Part shown: piece after piece, positions 41,901 through 51,900 of the stretch | Position numbering within the stretch: the stretch's first letter is position 1 | Layout: the number at the start of each line of letters is the position of its first letter | From: Eledone cirrhosa | Lineage: Eukaryota | DNA length: 64,000 bases | Direction of reading: 5' to 3' | Assembly: GCA_964016885.1 (NCBI GenBank) | Contig: OZ024743.1 | Coordinates: 67,890,001 to 67,954,000 of the forward strand | Made by a program: the position numbers and the translations under genes | The notes under the pieces: model-generated | Database searches by the model: none | Told to the model about the DNA's origin: nothing | Seen by the model: the letters and a program-made list of their open reading frames with translations, nothing else

Positions 41901-42736
41901 GTAGTTGTGATGGTTGTGGTGGATAATGTAGTTGTGATTGTTGTGGTGGCCTTGTTAGTTCTGATATTTGTGGTGGATAATGTAGTTTTAATGTTAGTGG
42001 TGGCCGTGTTAGTTGTGATATTTGTGGTGGATAATGTAGTTGTGATGGTAGTGGTGGCCGTGTTAGTTGTGATATTTGTGGTGGATAATGTAGTTGTGAT
42101 GGTAGTGGTGGACGTGTTAGTTGTGATATTTGTGGTGGATAATGTAGTTGTGATTGTTGTGGTGGCCGTGTTAGTTGTGATATTTGTGGTGGATAATGTA
42201 GTTGTAATGTTAGTGGTGGCCGTGTTAGTTGTGATATTTGTGGTGGATAATGTAGTTGTGATATTTGTGGTGGATAATGTAGTTGTGATATTTGTGGTGG
42301 ATAATGTAGTTGTAATGTTAGTGGTGGCCGTGTTAGTTGTGATATTTGTGGTGGATAATGTAGTTGTGATGGTTGTGGTGGATAATGTAGTTGTGATTGT
42401 AGTGGTGGCCGTGTTAGTTGTGATATTTGTGGTGGATAATGTAGTTGTGATTGTTGTGGTGGCCGTGTTAGTTGTGATATTTGTGGTGGATAATGTAGTT
42501 GTAATGTTAGTGGTGGCCGTGTTAGTTGTGATATTTGTGGTGGATAATGTAGTTGTGATGGTAGTGGTGGCTGTGTTAGTTGTGATATTTGTGGTGGATA
42601 ATGTAGTTGTGATGGTAGTGGTGGCCGTGTTAGTTGTGATATTTGTGGTGGATAATGTAGTTGTGATGTTAGTGGTGGCCGTGTTAGTTGTGATATTTGT
42701 GGTGGATAATGTAGTTGTGATGTTAGTGGTGGCCAT
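29918..42736 (-). CDS. Possible mucin-like Thr-rich repeat reading frame (TTNITTNT[A/S]TTTITTTLS)n; coding status unproven
   Basis: 4272 codons without a stop or frameshift, with an N-I-T sequon in every unit. However, the ATG is a repeat point variant, there is no signal peptide or unique domain, and neighbouring array segments carry stops and frameshifts. Confidence 0.15.
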   Translation of the reverse strand: MATTNITTTLSTTNITTNTATTNITTTLSTTNITTNTATTTITTTLSTTNITTNTATTTITTTLSTTNITTNTATTNITTTLSTTNITTNTATTTITTTLSTTNITTNTATTTITTTLSTTTITTTLSTTNITTNTATTNITTTLSTTNITTTLSTTNITTTLSTTNITTNTATTNITTTLSTTNITTNTATTTITTTLSTTNITTNTSTTTITTTLSTTNITTNTATTTITTTLSTTNITTNTATTNIKTTLSTTNIRTNKATTTITTTLSTTTITTTLSTTNITNNTATTTITTTLSTTNITTNTATTTITTTLSTTTITTTLSTTNITTNTATTTVTTTLSTTTITTTLSTTNITTNTSTTTITTTLSTTNITNNTATTTFTTTLSTTTITTTLSTTNITTNRATTTITTTLSTTNITTNTSTTTITTTLSTTNITNNTATTTITTTLSTTNITTTLSTTNITTNTSTTTITTTLSTTSITTTLSTTNITTKTSTTNITTTLSTTNITTNTATTTITTTLSTTNITTNTSTTTIKTTLSTTTITTTLSTTNITTNTATTTITTTLSTTNITTNTSTTTITTTLSTTTITTILSTTNITTNTATTNITTTLSTTNITTNTATTTITTTLSTTNITTNTSTTTITTTLSTTTIITTLSTTNITTNTATTTITTTLSTTNITTNTATTNIKTTLSTTNIRTNKATTTITTTLSTTTITTTLSTTNITNNTATTTITTTLSTTNITTNTATTTITTTLSTTTITTTLSTTNITTNTATTTITTTLSTTNITTNTATTTITTTLSTTNITNNTSTTTITTTLSTTTNTTTLSTTNITTNTSTTTITTTLSTTNITTNTSTTTIATTLSTTNITTNTASTTITTTLSTTNITTNTATTTITTTLSTTNITTNTATTTVTTTLSTTTITTTLSTTNITTNTSTTTITTTLSTTNITNNTATTTFTTTLSTTTITTTLSTTNITTNRANTTITTTLSTTNITTNTSTTTITTTLSTTNITNNTATTTITTTLSTTNITTTLSTTNITTNTSTTTITTTLSTTTITTTLSTTNITTKTSTTTITTTLSTTTITTTLSTTNITTNTATTNITTTLSTTNITTNTATTTITTTLSTTNITTNTSTTTIKTTLSTTTITTTLSTTNITTNTATTTITTTLSTTNITTNTSTTTITTTLSTTTITTILSTTNITTNTATTNITTTLSTTNITTNTATTTITTTLSTTNITTNTSTTTITTTLSTTTIITTLSTTNITTNTSTTTITTTLSTTNITTNTATTTITTTLSTTYITTNTSATTITTTLSTTTITTTLYSTNITINTATTTITTTLSTTNITTNTATTTITTTLSTTNITNNTSTTTITTTLSTTNITTNTATTTITTTLSTTNITTNTATTTITTTLSTTYITTNTSATTITTTLSTTTITTTLYSTNITTNTATTTITTTLSTTNITTNTATTTITTTLSTTNITNNTSTTTITTTLSTTTITTTLSTTNITINTSTTTITTTLSTTNITNKTATTTITTTLSTTNITTNTATTTITTTLSTTNITTNKATTTITTTLSTTNITTNTATTNITTTLSTTNITTNTATTTITTTLYTTNITTNTSTTTITTTLSTTNITTNTATTTITTTLSTTNITTNTATTNITTTLSTTNITTNTATTTITTTLSTTTTTTTLSTTNITTNTSTTTTITTTLSTTTITTTLSTTNITTNTASTTITTTLSTTNITTNTSTTTITTTLSNTNITNKTATTTITTTLSTTNITTNTATTTITTTLSTTNITTNKATTTITTTISTTNITTNTSTTTITTTLSTTTITTTLSTTNITTNTAATTITTTLSTTNITTNTATTTITTTLSTTNITTNTATTTITTTLSTTNITINTSTTTITTTLSTTNITTNTSTTTITTTLSTTTITTTLSTTNITTNTATTNIKTTLSTTNITTNKATTTITTTLSTTNITTNTSTTTTTTTLSTTTITTTLSTTNITTNTATTTITTTLSTTNITTNTATTTITTTLSTTNITTNTATTTITTILSTTNITNNTATTTITTTLSTTNITTNRATTTITTTLSTTTITTTLSTTNITTNTTTTTITTTLSTTNITNNTSTTTNTTTLSTTNITTNTSTTTITTTLSTTNITTNTSTTTITTTLSTTNIRTNTATTTIATTLSTTNITTNTASTTITTTLSTTNITTNTATTTITTTLSTTNITTNTATTTVTTTLSTTTITTTLSTTNITTNTSTTTITTTLSTTNITNNTATTTITTTLSTTTITTTLSTTNITTNRATTTITTTLSTTTITTTLSTTTITTTLSTTNITTNRATTTITTTLSTTNITTNTSTTTITTTLSTTNITNNTATTSITTTLSTTNITTNTATTTITTTLSTTNITTNTATTTITTTLSTTNITTNTSTTTITTTLSTTTITTTLSTTNITTNTSTTIITTTLSTTIITTTLSTTNITTNTATTNITTTLSTTNITTNTATTTITTTLSTKNITTNTATTTITTTLSTTNITTNTSTTTITTTLSTTTITTTLSTTNITTNTATTIITTTLSTTNITTNTSTTTITATLSTTTITTILSTTNITTNTATTNITTTLSTTNITTNTATTTITTTLSTTNITTNTSTTTITTTLSTTTIITTLSTTNITTNTSTTTITTTLSTTNITTNTATTTITTTLSTTYITTNTSTTTITTTLSTTTITTTLYSTNITTNTATTTITTTLSTTNITTNTATTTITTTLSTTNITNNTSTTTITTTLSTTTITTTLSTTNITTNTSTTTITTTLSTTNITTNTATTTITTTLSTTNITTNTSTTTITTTLSTTTITTTLSTTNITTNTSTTTITTTLSTTTITTTLSTTNITTNTATTNITTTLSTTNITTNTATTTITTTLSTKNITTNTATTTITTTLSTTNITTNTSTTTITTTLSTTTITTTLSTTNITTNTATTTITTTLSTTNITTNTSTTTITTTLSTTTITTILSTTNITTNTATTNITTTLSTTNITTNTATTTITTTLSTTNITTNTSTTTITTTLSTTTIITTLSTTNITTNTSTTTITTTLSTTNITTNTATTTITTTLSTKNITTNTATTTITTTLSTTNITTNTSTTTITTTLSTTTITTTLSTTNITTNTATTTITTTLSTTNITTNTSTTTIPTTLSTTTITTTLYSTNITTNTATTTITTTLSTINITTNTATTTITTTLSTTNITNNTSTTTITTTLSTTTTLSTTNITTNTANTTITTTLSTTNITTNKATTTITTTLSTTNITTNTATTTITTTLSTKNITTNTATTTITTTLSTTNITTNTSTTTITTTLSTTTITTTLSTTNITTNTATTTITTTLSTTNITTNTSTTTITTTLSTTTITTILSTTNITTNTATTNITTTLSTTNITTNTATTTITTTLSTTNITTNTSTTTITTTLSTTTIITTLSTTNITTNTSTTTITTTLSTTNITTNTATTTITTTLSTKNITTNTATTTITTTLSTTNITTNTSTTTITTTLSTTTITTTLSTTNITTNTATTTITTTLSTTNITTNTSTTTIPTTLSTTTITTTLYSTNITTNTATTTITTTLSTINITTNTATTTITTTLSTTNITNNTSTTTITTTLSTTTTLSTTNITTNTANTTITTTLSTTNITTNKATTTITTTLSTTNITTNTATTNITTTLSTTNITTNTATTTITTTLSTTTITTTLYTTSITTNTSTTTITTTLSTTNITTNTATTTITTTLSTTNITTNTATTNITTTLSTTNITTNTATTNITTTLSTTTTTTTLSTTNITTNTSTTTTITTTLSTTNITTNTATTTITTTLSTTTITTTLSTTNITTNTASTTIRTTLSTTNITTNTSTTTITTTLSTTNITNKTATTTITTTLSTTNITTNTATTTITTTLSTTNITTNKATTTITTTLSTTNITTNTSTTTITTTLSTTTITTTLSTTNITTNTATTTITTTLSTTNITTNTATTTITTTLSTTNITTNTATTTITTTLSTTNITTNTSTTIITTTLSTTNITTTLSTTNITTNTATTNITTTLSTTNITTNTATTTITTTLSTTNITTNTSTTTITTTLSTTTITTTLSTTNITTNTATTNIRTTLSTTNITTNRATTTITTTLSTTNITTNKATTTITTTLSTTNITTNTATTTITTTLSTTNITNNTSTTTITTTLSTTTITTTLYTTNITTNTSTTTNTTTLSTTNITTNTATTTITTTLSTTNITTNTSTTTTITTT
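31690..34045. repeat. 1179-bp tandem duplication (44x27-9)
   Basis: GTGTTGGCC at 31752/32931 and ATTTATGGTG at 31901/33080; both copies share a 9-bp deletion, GAGTATAAT and GTTGGGATG. Ends are approximate. Confidence 0.9.
38950..41750. repeat. 1809-bp-offset (67x27) duplication with later internal deletions
   Basis: GTTATGATGGTTGTAG at 38961/40770 and AGTTTTGATG at 39311/41120; GTGAAGG and GTGACGG are shared downstream at a shifted offset. Confidence 0.8.
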
Positions 42737-45700
42737 GTTAGTTGTGATATTTGTGGTGGATAATGTAGTTGTGATGGTAGTGGTGGATAATGTAGTTGTG
42801 ATGGTAGTGGTGGCCGTGTTAGTTGTGATATTTGTGGTGGAGAATGTAGTTGTGATGGTAGTGGTGGACGCGTTAGTTGTGATATTTGTGGTGGTAATGT
42901 AGTTGTGATGGTAGTGGTGGACGTGTTAGTTGTGATATTTGTGGTGGATAATGTAGTTGTGATGGTAGTGGTGGCGTGTTAGTTGTGATATTTGTGCTGG
43001 ATAATGTAGTTGTGATGGTTGTGGTGGATAATGTAGTTGTTATGGTAGTGGTGGATAATGTAGTTTTTATGGTTGTGGTGGATAATTTAGTTGTGATGGT
43101 TGTGGTGGATAATGTAGTTGTGATGGTTGTGGTGGACGTGTTAGTTCTGATATTTGTGGTGGATAATGTAGTCGTGATGGTTGTGGTGGATTATGTAGTT
43201 GTGATGGTAGTGGTGGACGTGTTAGTTGTGATATTTGTGATGGATAATGTAGTTCTGATGGTTGTGGTGGCCGTGTTAGTTGTGATATTTGTGGTGGATA
43301 ATGTTGTTGTGATGATTGTGGTGGATAATGTAGTTGTGATGGTAGTGGTGGCTGTGTTAGTTGTGATATTTGGGTGGATAATGTAGTTGTGATGTTTGTG
43401 GTGGCCGTGTTAGTTGTGATATTTGTGGTGGATAAGTAGTTGTGATTGTAGTGGTGGCTGTGTTAGTTGTGATATTTGTGGTGGATAATGTAGTTGTGAT
43501 GGTTGTGGTGGATAATGTAGTCGTGATGGTAGTGGTGGCCGTGTTAGTTGTGATATTTGTGGTGGATAATGTAGTTGTGATGGTTGTGGTGGCCGTGTTA
43601 GTTGTGATATTTGTGGTGGATAATGTTGTTGTGATGGTTGTGGTGGATAATGTAGTTGTGATTGTAGTGGTGGCTGTGTTAGTTGTGATATTTGGGTGGA
43701 TAATGCAGTTGTGATGTTTGTGGTGGCCGTGTTAGTTGTGATATTTGTGGTGGATAAGTAGTTGTGATGGTAGTGGTTGCTGTGTTAGTTGTGATATTTG
43801 TGTTGGATAATGTAGTTGTGATGGTAGTGGTGGCCGTGTTAGTTGTGATATTTGTGGTGGATAATGTAGTTGTGATGGTAGTGGTGGACGTGTTAGTTGT
43901 GATATTTGTGGTGGATAATGTAGTTGTGATGGTAGTGGTGGACGTGTTATTTGTGATATTTGTGGTGGATAATGTAGTTGTGATGGTTGTGGTGGATAAT
44001 GTAGTTGTGATGGTAGTGGTGGACGTGTTATTTGTGATATTTGTGGTGGATAATGTAGTTGTGATGGTAGTGGTGGCCGTGTTAGTTGTGATATTGTGGT
44101 GGATAATGTAGTTGTGATGGTAGTCGTGGCCGTGTTAGTTGTGATATTTGTGGTGGATAATGTAGTTGTGATGGTTGTGGTGGATAATGTAGTTGTGATG
44201 GTAGTGGTGGCCCTGTTAGTTGTGATATTTGTGGTGGATAATGTAGTTGTGATGGTTGTGGTGGCCGTGTTATTTGTGATATTTGTGGAGGATAATGTAG
44301 TTGTGATGGTTGTGGTGGATAATGTAGTTGTGATGGTAGTGGTGGAAGTGTTAGTTGTGATATTTGTGGTGGATAATGTAGTTGTGATTGTTGTGGTGGC
44401 CTTGTTAGTTGTGATATTTGTGGTGGATAATGTAGTTGTAATGTTAGTGGTGGCCGTGTTAGTTGTGATATTTGTGGTTGATAATGTAGTTGTGATGGTT
44501 GTGGTGGATAATGTAGTTGTGATGGTAGTGGTGGACGTGTTAGTTGTGATATTTGTGGTGGATAATGTAGTTGTGATTGTAGTGGTGGCCGTGTTAGTTG
44601 TGATATTTGTGGTGGATGATGTAGTTGTGATATTTGTGGTGGCTGTGTTAGTTGTGATATTTGTGGTGGATAATGTAGTTGTAATGTTAGTGGTGGCCGT
44701 GTTTGTTGTGATATTTGTGGTGGATAATGTAGTTGTGATGGTTTGTGGTGGATAATGTAGTTGTGATGATAGTGGTGGACGTGTTATTTGTGATATTTGT
44801 GGTGGATAATGTAGTTGTGATTCTAGTGGTGGGCGTGTTAGTTGTGATATTTGTGGTGGATAATGTAGTTGTGATTGTAGTGGTGGCCGTGTTATTTGTG
44901 ATATTTGTGGTGGATAATGTAGTTGTGATGGTAGTGGTGGCCGTGTTAGTTGTGATATTTGTGGTGGATAATGTAGTTGTGATGGTAGTGGTGGATAATG
45001 TAGTTGTGATGTTAGTGGTGGCCGTGTTAGTTGTGATATTTGTGGTGGATAATGTAGTTGTGATGGTTGTGGTGGCCGTTTTATTTGTGATATTTGTGGT
45101 GGATAATGTAGTTGTGATGGTAGTGGTGGACGTGTTAGTTGTGATATTTGTGGTGGATAATGTAGTTGTGATGGTAGTGCTGGCCGTGTTAGTTGTGATA
45201 TTTGTGGTGGATAATGTTGTTGTGATGGTTGGGGTGGATAATGTAGTTGTGATGGTAGTGGTGGCTGTGTTAGTTGTGATATTTGTGGTGGATAATGTTG
45301 TTGTGATGGTTGTGGTGGATAATGTAGTTGTGATGGTAGTGGTGGCTGTGTTAGTTGTGATATTTGTGGTGGATAATGTAGTTGTGATGGTTGTGGTGGC
45401 CGTGTTAGTTGTGATATTTGTGGTGGATAATGTAGTTGTGATGGTAGTGGTTGCTGTGTTAGTTGTGATATTTGTGGTGGATAATGTACTTGTGTTGGTA
45501 GTGGTGGCTGTGTTAGTTGTGATATTTGTGGTGGATAATGTAGTTGTGATGGTTGTGGTGGATAATGTAGTTGTGACGGTAGTGGTGGCTGTGTTAGTTG
45601 TGATATTTGTGGTGGATAATGTAGTTGTGATGGTAGTGGTGGACGTGTTAGTCGTGATATTTGTGGTGGATAATGTAGTTGTGATGGTTGTGGTGGATAA

Positions 45701-45975
45701 TGTAGTTGTGATGGTAGTGGTGGACTTGTTCGTTGTGATATTTGTGATGGATAATGTAGTTGTGATGGTATTGGTGGCCGTGTTAGTTGTGATATTTTTG
45801 GTGGATAATGTAGTTGTGACGTTAGTCGTGTCCGTGTTTGTTGTGATATTTGTGGTGGATAATGTAGTTTAGATGGTTGTGGTGGATAATGTAGTTGTGA
45901 TGGTAGTGGTGGCCCTGTTAGTTGTGATATTTGTGGTGGATAATGTAGTTGTGATGGTTGTGGTGGCCGTGTTAT

Positions 45976-48900
45976 TTGTGATATTTGTGGTGGATAATGT
46001 AGTTGTGATGGTTGTGGTGGATAATGTAGTTGTGATGGTAGTGGTGGACGTGTTAGTTGTGATATGTGTGGTGGATAATGTAGTTGTGATTGTTGTGGTG
46101 GCCGTGTTAGTTGTGATATTTGTGGTGGATAATGTAATTGTGATGGTAGTGGTGGCTGTGTTAGTTGTGATATTTGTGATGGATAATGTAGCTGTGTGGT
46201 TGTGGTGGATAATGTAGTTTTGATGGTAGTGGTGGACGTGTTAGTTGTGATATTTGTTGTGGATAATGTAGTTGTGATTGTTGTGGTGGCCGTGTTAGAT
46301 GTGATATTTGTGGTGGATAATGTAGTTGTAATGTTAGTGGTGGCCGTGTTAGTTGTGATATTTGTGGTGGATAATGTAGTTGTGATGGTTGTGGTGGATA
46401 ATGTAGTTGTGATGGTAGTGGTGGACGTGTTAGTTGTGATATGTGTGGTGGATAATGTAGTTGTGATTGTTGTGGTGGCCGTGTTAGTTGTGATATTTGT
46501 GGTGGATAATGTAGTTCTGATGGTAGTGGTGGACGTGTTAGTTGTGATATTTGTGGTGGATAATGTAGCTGTGTGGTTGTGGTGGATAATGTAGTTGTGA
46601 TGGTAGTGGTGGACGTGTTAGTTGTGATATTTGTGGTGGGTAATGTAGTTGTGATGGTAGTGGTGGCCGTGTTAGTTGTGATATCTGTGGTGGGTAATGT
46701 AGTTGTGATGGTAGTGGTGGACGTGTTAGTTGTGATATTTGTGGTGGATAATGTAGTTGTGATGGTAGTGCTGGCCGTGTTAGTTGTGATATTTGTGGTG
46801 GATAATGTTGTTGTGATGGTTGTGGAGGATAATGTAGTTGTGATGGTAGTGGTGGCTGTGTTAGTTGTGATATTTGTGGTGGATAATGTTGTTGTGATGG
46901 TTGTGGTGGATAATGTAGTTGTGATGGTAGTGGTGGCTTTGTTAGTTGTGATATTTGTGGTGGATAATGTAGTTGTGATGGTTGTGGTGGCCGTGTTAGT
47001 TGTGATATTTGTGGTGGATAATGTAGTTGTGAAGGTAGTGGTGGCTGTGTTAGTTGTGATATTTGTGGTGGATAATGTAGTTGTGATGGTAGTGGTGGCT
47101 GTGTTAGTTGTGATATTTGTGGTGGATAATGTAGTTGTGATGGTAGTGGTGGCCCTGTTAGTTGTGATATTTGTGGTGGATAATGTAGTTGTGATGGTAG
47201 TGGTGGACGTGTTAGCTGTGATATTTGTGGTGGATTATGTAGTTGTGATGGTTGTGGTGGATAATGTAGTTGTGATGGTAGTGGTGGCCGTGTTAGTTGT
47301 GATATTTGTGGTGGATAATGTAGTTGTGATGGTAGTGGTGGCCGTGTTAGTTGTGATATTTGTGGTGGATAATGTTGTTGTGATGGTTGTGGTGGATAAT
47401 GTACTTGTGATGGTAGTGGTGGCTGTGTTAGTTGTGATATTTGTGGTGGATAATGTAGTTGTGATGGTTGTGGTGGCCGTGTTAGTTGTGATATTGTGGT
47501 GGATAATGTAGTTGTGATGGTAGTCGTGGCCGTGTTAGTTGTGATTTTTGTGGTGGATAATGTAGTTGTGATGGTAGTGGTGGCTGTGTTAGTTGTGATA
47601 TTTGTGGTGGATAATGTAGTTGTGATGGTAGTGGTGGCCGTGTTAGTTGTGATATTTGTGGTGGATAATGTAGTTGTGATGGTTGTGGTGGATAATGTAG
47701 TTGTGATGATAGTGGTGGACGTGTTATTTGTGATATTTGTGGTGGATAATGTAGTTGTGATGGTAGTGGTGGCCGTGTTAGTTGTGATATTTGTGGTGGA
47801 TAATGTTGTTGTGATGGTTGTGGTGGATAATGTAGTTGTGATGGTAGTGGTGGCTGTGTTAGTTGTGATATTTGTGGTGGATAATGTTGTTGTGATGGTT
47901 GTGGTGGATAATGTAGTTGTGATGGTAGTGGTGGCTTTGTTAGTTGTGATATTTGTGGTGGATAATGTAGTTGTGATGGTTGTGGTGGCCGTGTTAGTTG
48001 TGATATTTGTGGTGGATAATGTAGTTGTGAAGGTAGTGGTGGCTGTGTTAGTTGTGATATTTGTGGTGGATAATGTAGTTGTGATGGTAGTGGTGGCTGT
48101 GTTAGTTGTGATATTTGTGGTGGATAATGTAGTTGTGATGGTAGTGTTGGCCCTGTTAGTTGTGATATTTGTGGTGGATAATGTAGTTGTGATGGTAGTG
48201 GTGGACGTGTTAGCTGTGATATTTGTGGTGGATTATGTAGTTGTGATAGTTGTGGTGGATAATGTAGTTGTGATGGTAGTGGTGGCCGTGTTAGTTGTGA
48301 TATTTGTGGTGGATAATGTAGTTGTGATGGTAGTGGTGGCCGTGTTAGTTGTGATATTTGTGGTGGATAATGTTGTTGTGATGGTTGTGGTGGATAATGT
48401 AGTTGTGATGGTAGTGGTGGCTGTGTTAGTTGTGATATTTGTGGTGCATAATGTAGTTGTGATGGTTGTGGTGGCCGTGTTAGTTGTGATATTGTGGTGG
48501 ATAATGTAGTTGTGATGGTAGTCGTGGCCGTGTTAGTTGTGATTTTTGTGGTGGATAATGTAGTTGTGATGGTAGTGGTGGCTGTGTTAGTTGTGATATT
48601 TGTGGTGGATAATGTAGTTGTGATGGTAGTGGTGGCCGTGTTAGTTGTGATATTTGTGGTGGATAATGTAGTTGTGATGGTTGTGGTGGATAATGTAGTT
48701 GTGATGATAGTGGTGGACGTGTTATTTGTGATATTTGTGGTGGATAATGTAGTTGTGATGGTAGTGGTGGCCGTGTTAGTTGTGATATTTGTGGTGGATA
48801 ATGTTGTTGTGATGGTTGTGGTGGATAATGTAGTTGTGATGGTAGTGGTGGCTGTGTTAGTTGTGATATTTGTGGTGGATAATGTAGTTGTGATGGTAGT

Positions 48901-51900
48901 GGTGGCTGTGTTAGTTGTGATATTTGTGGTGGATAATGTGGTTGTGATGGTAGTGGTGGACGTGTTAGTTGTGATATTTGTGGTGGATAATGTAGTTGTG
49001 ATGGTTGTGGTGGATAATTTAGTTGTGATGGTAGTGGTGGACGTGTTATTTGTGATATTTGTGGTGGATAATGTAGTTGTGATGGTAGTGGTGGCCGTGT
49101 CAGTTGTGATATTTGTGGTGGATAATGTAGTTGTGATGGTAGTCGTGGCCGTGTTATTTGTGATATTTGTGGTGGATAATGTAGTTGTGATGGTTGTGGT
49201 GGCCGTGTTATTTGTGATATTTGTGGTGGATAATGTAGTTGTGATGGTTGTGGTGGATAATGTAGTTGTGATGGTAGTGGTGGACGTGTTAGTTGCGATA
49301 TGTGTGGTGGATAATGTAGTTGTGATTGTTGTGGTGGCCGTGTTAGTTGTGATATTTGTGGTGGATAATGTAGTTGTGATGGTAGTGGTGGACGTGTTAG
49401 TTGTGATATTTGTGATGGATAATGTAGCTGTGTGGTTGTGGTGGATAATGTAGTTGTGATGGTAGTGGTGGACGTGTTAGTTGTGATATTTGTGGTGGAT
49501 AATGTAGTTGTCATTGTTGTGGTGGCCGTGTTAGTTGTGATATTTGTGGTGGATAATGTAGTTGTAATGTTAGTGGTGGCCGTGTTAGTTGTGATATTTG
49601 TGGTGGATAATGTAGTTGTGATGGTTGTGGTGGATAATGTAGTTGTGATGGTAGTGGTGGACGTGTTAGTTGTGATATGTGTGGTGGATAATGTAGTTGT
49701 GATTGTTGTGGTGGCCGTGTTAGTTGTGATATTTGTGGTGGATAATGTAGTTGTGATGGTAGTGGTGGACGTGTTAGTTGTGATATTTGTGGTGGATAAT
49801 GTGGCTGTGTGGTTGTGGTGGATAATGTAGTTGTGATGGTAGTGGTGGACGTGTTAGTTGTGATATTTGTGGTGGATAATGTAGTTGTGATTGTTGTGGT
49901 GGCCGTGTTAGTTGTGATATTTGTGGTGGATAATGTAGTTGTAATGTTAGTGGTGGCCGTGTTAGTTGTGATATTTGTGGTGGATAATGTAGTTGTGATG
50001 GTTGTGGTGGATAATGTAGTTGTGATGGTAGTGGTGGACGTGTTATTTGTGATATTTGTGGTGGATAATGTAGTTGTGATGGTAGTGGTGGCTGTGTTAG
50101 TTGTGATATTGTGGTGGATAATGTAGTTGTGATGGTAGTCGTGGCCGTGTTAGTTGTGATATTTGTGGTGGATAATGTAGTTGTGATGGTAGTGGTGGCT
50201 GTGTTAGTTGTGATATTTGTGGTGGATAATGTAGTTGTGATGGTAGTGGTGGCCCTGTTAGTTGTGATATTTGTGGTGGATAATGTAGTTGTGATGGTTG
50301 TGGTGGATAATGTAGTTGTGATGATAGTGGTGGACGTGTTATTTGTGATATTTGTGGTGGATAATGTAGTTGTGATGGTAGTGGTGGCCCTGTTAGTTGT
50401 GATATTTGTGGTGGATAATGTTGTTGTGATGGTTGTGGTGGATAATGTAGTTGTGATGGTAGTGGTGGCTGCGTTAGTTGTGATATTTGTGGTGGATAAT
50501 GTAGTTGTGATGGTAGTGGTGGCTGTGTTAGTTGTGATATTTGTCGTGGATAATGTGGTTGTGATGGTAGTGGGGGACGTTTTAGTTGTGATATTTGTGG
50601 TGGATAATGTAGTTGTGATGGTTGTGGTGGATAATGTAGTTGTGATGGTAGTGGTGGACGTGTTAGTTGTGATATGTGTGGTGGATAATGTAGTTGTGAT
50701 TGTTGTGGTGGCCGTGTTAGTTGTGATATTTGTGGTGGATAATGTAATTGTGATGGTAGTGGTGGCTGTGTTAGTTGTGATATTTGTGATGGATAATGTA
50801 GCTGTGTGGTTGTGGTGGATAATGTAGTTTTGATGGTAGTGGTGGACGTGTTAGTTGTGATATTTGTTGTGGATAATGTAGTTGTGATTGTTGTGGTGGC
50901 CGTGTTAGATGTGATATTTGTGGTGGATAATGTAGTTGTAATGTTAGTGGTGGCCGTGTTAGTTGTGATATTTGTGGTGGATAATGTAGTTGTGATGGTT
51001 GTGGTGGATAATGTAGTTGTGATGGTAGTGGTGGACGTGTTAGTTGTGATATGTGTGGTGGATAATGTAGTTGTGATTGTTGTGGTGGCCGTGTTAGTTG
51101 TGATATTTGTGGTGGATAATGTAGTTCTGATGGTAGTGGTGGACGTGTTAGTTGTGATATTTGTGGTGGATAATGTAGCTGTGTGGTTGTGGTGGATAAT
51201 GTAGTTGTGATGGTAGTGGTGGACGTGTTAGTTGTGATATTTGTGGTGGGTAATGTAGTTGTGATGGTAGTGGTGGCCGTGTTAGTTGTGATATCTGTGG
51301 TGGGTAATGTAGTTGTGATGGTAGTGGTGGACGTGTTAGTTGTGATATTTGTGGTGGATAATGTAGTTGTGATGGTAGTGCTGGCCGTGTTAGTTGTGAT
51401 ATTTGTGGTGGATAATGTTGTTGTGATGGTTGTGGAGGATAATGTAGTTGTGATGGTAGTGGTGGCTGTGTTAGTTGTGATATTTGTGGTGGATAATGTT
51501 GTTGTGATGGTTGTGGTGGATAATGTAGTTGTGATGGTAGTGGTGGCTTTGTTAGTTGTGATATTTGTGGTGGATAATGTAGTTGTGATGGTTGTGGTGG
51601 CCGTGTTAGTTGTGATATTTGTGGTGGATAATGTAGTTGTGAAGGTAGTGGTGGCTGTGTTAGTTGTGATATTTGTGGTGGATAATGTAGTTGTGATGGT
51701 AGTGGTGGCTGTGTTAGTTGTGATATTTGTGGTGGATAATGTAGTTGTGATGGTAGTGGTGGCCCTGTTAGTTGTGATATTTGTGGTGGATAATGTAGTT
51801 GTGATGGTAGTGGTGGACGTGTTAGCTGTGATATTTGTGGTGGATTATGTAGTTGTGATGGTTGTGGTGGATAATGTAGTTGTGATGGTAGTGGTGTCCG

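Noticed and set aside
29918-42736. Gain of extra N-x-S/T sequons by common variants (NTS, NNT, second NIT) as evidence of selection
   Set aside because: In a ~60% Thr background almost any new Asn creates a sequon, and these variants are also explained by inter-subunit conversion.
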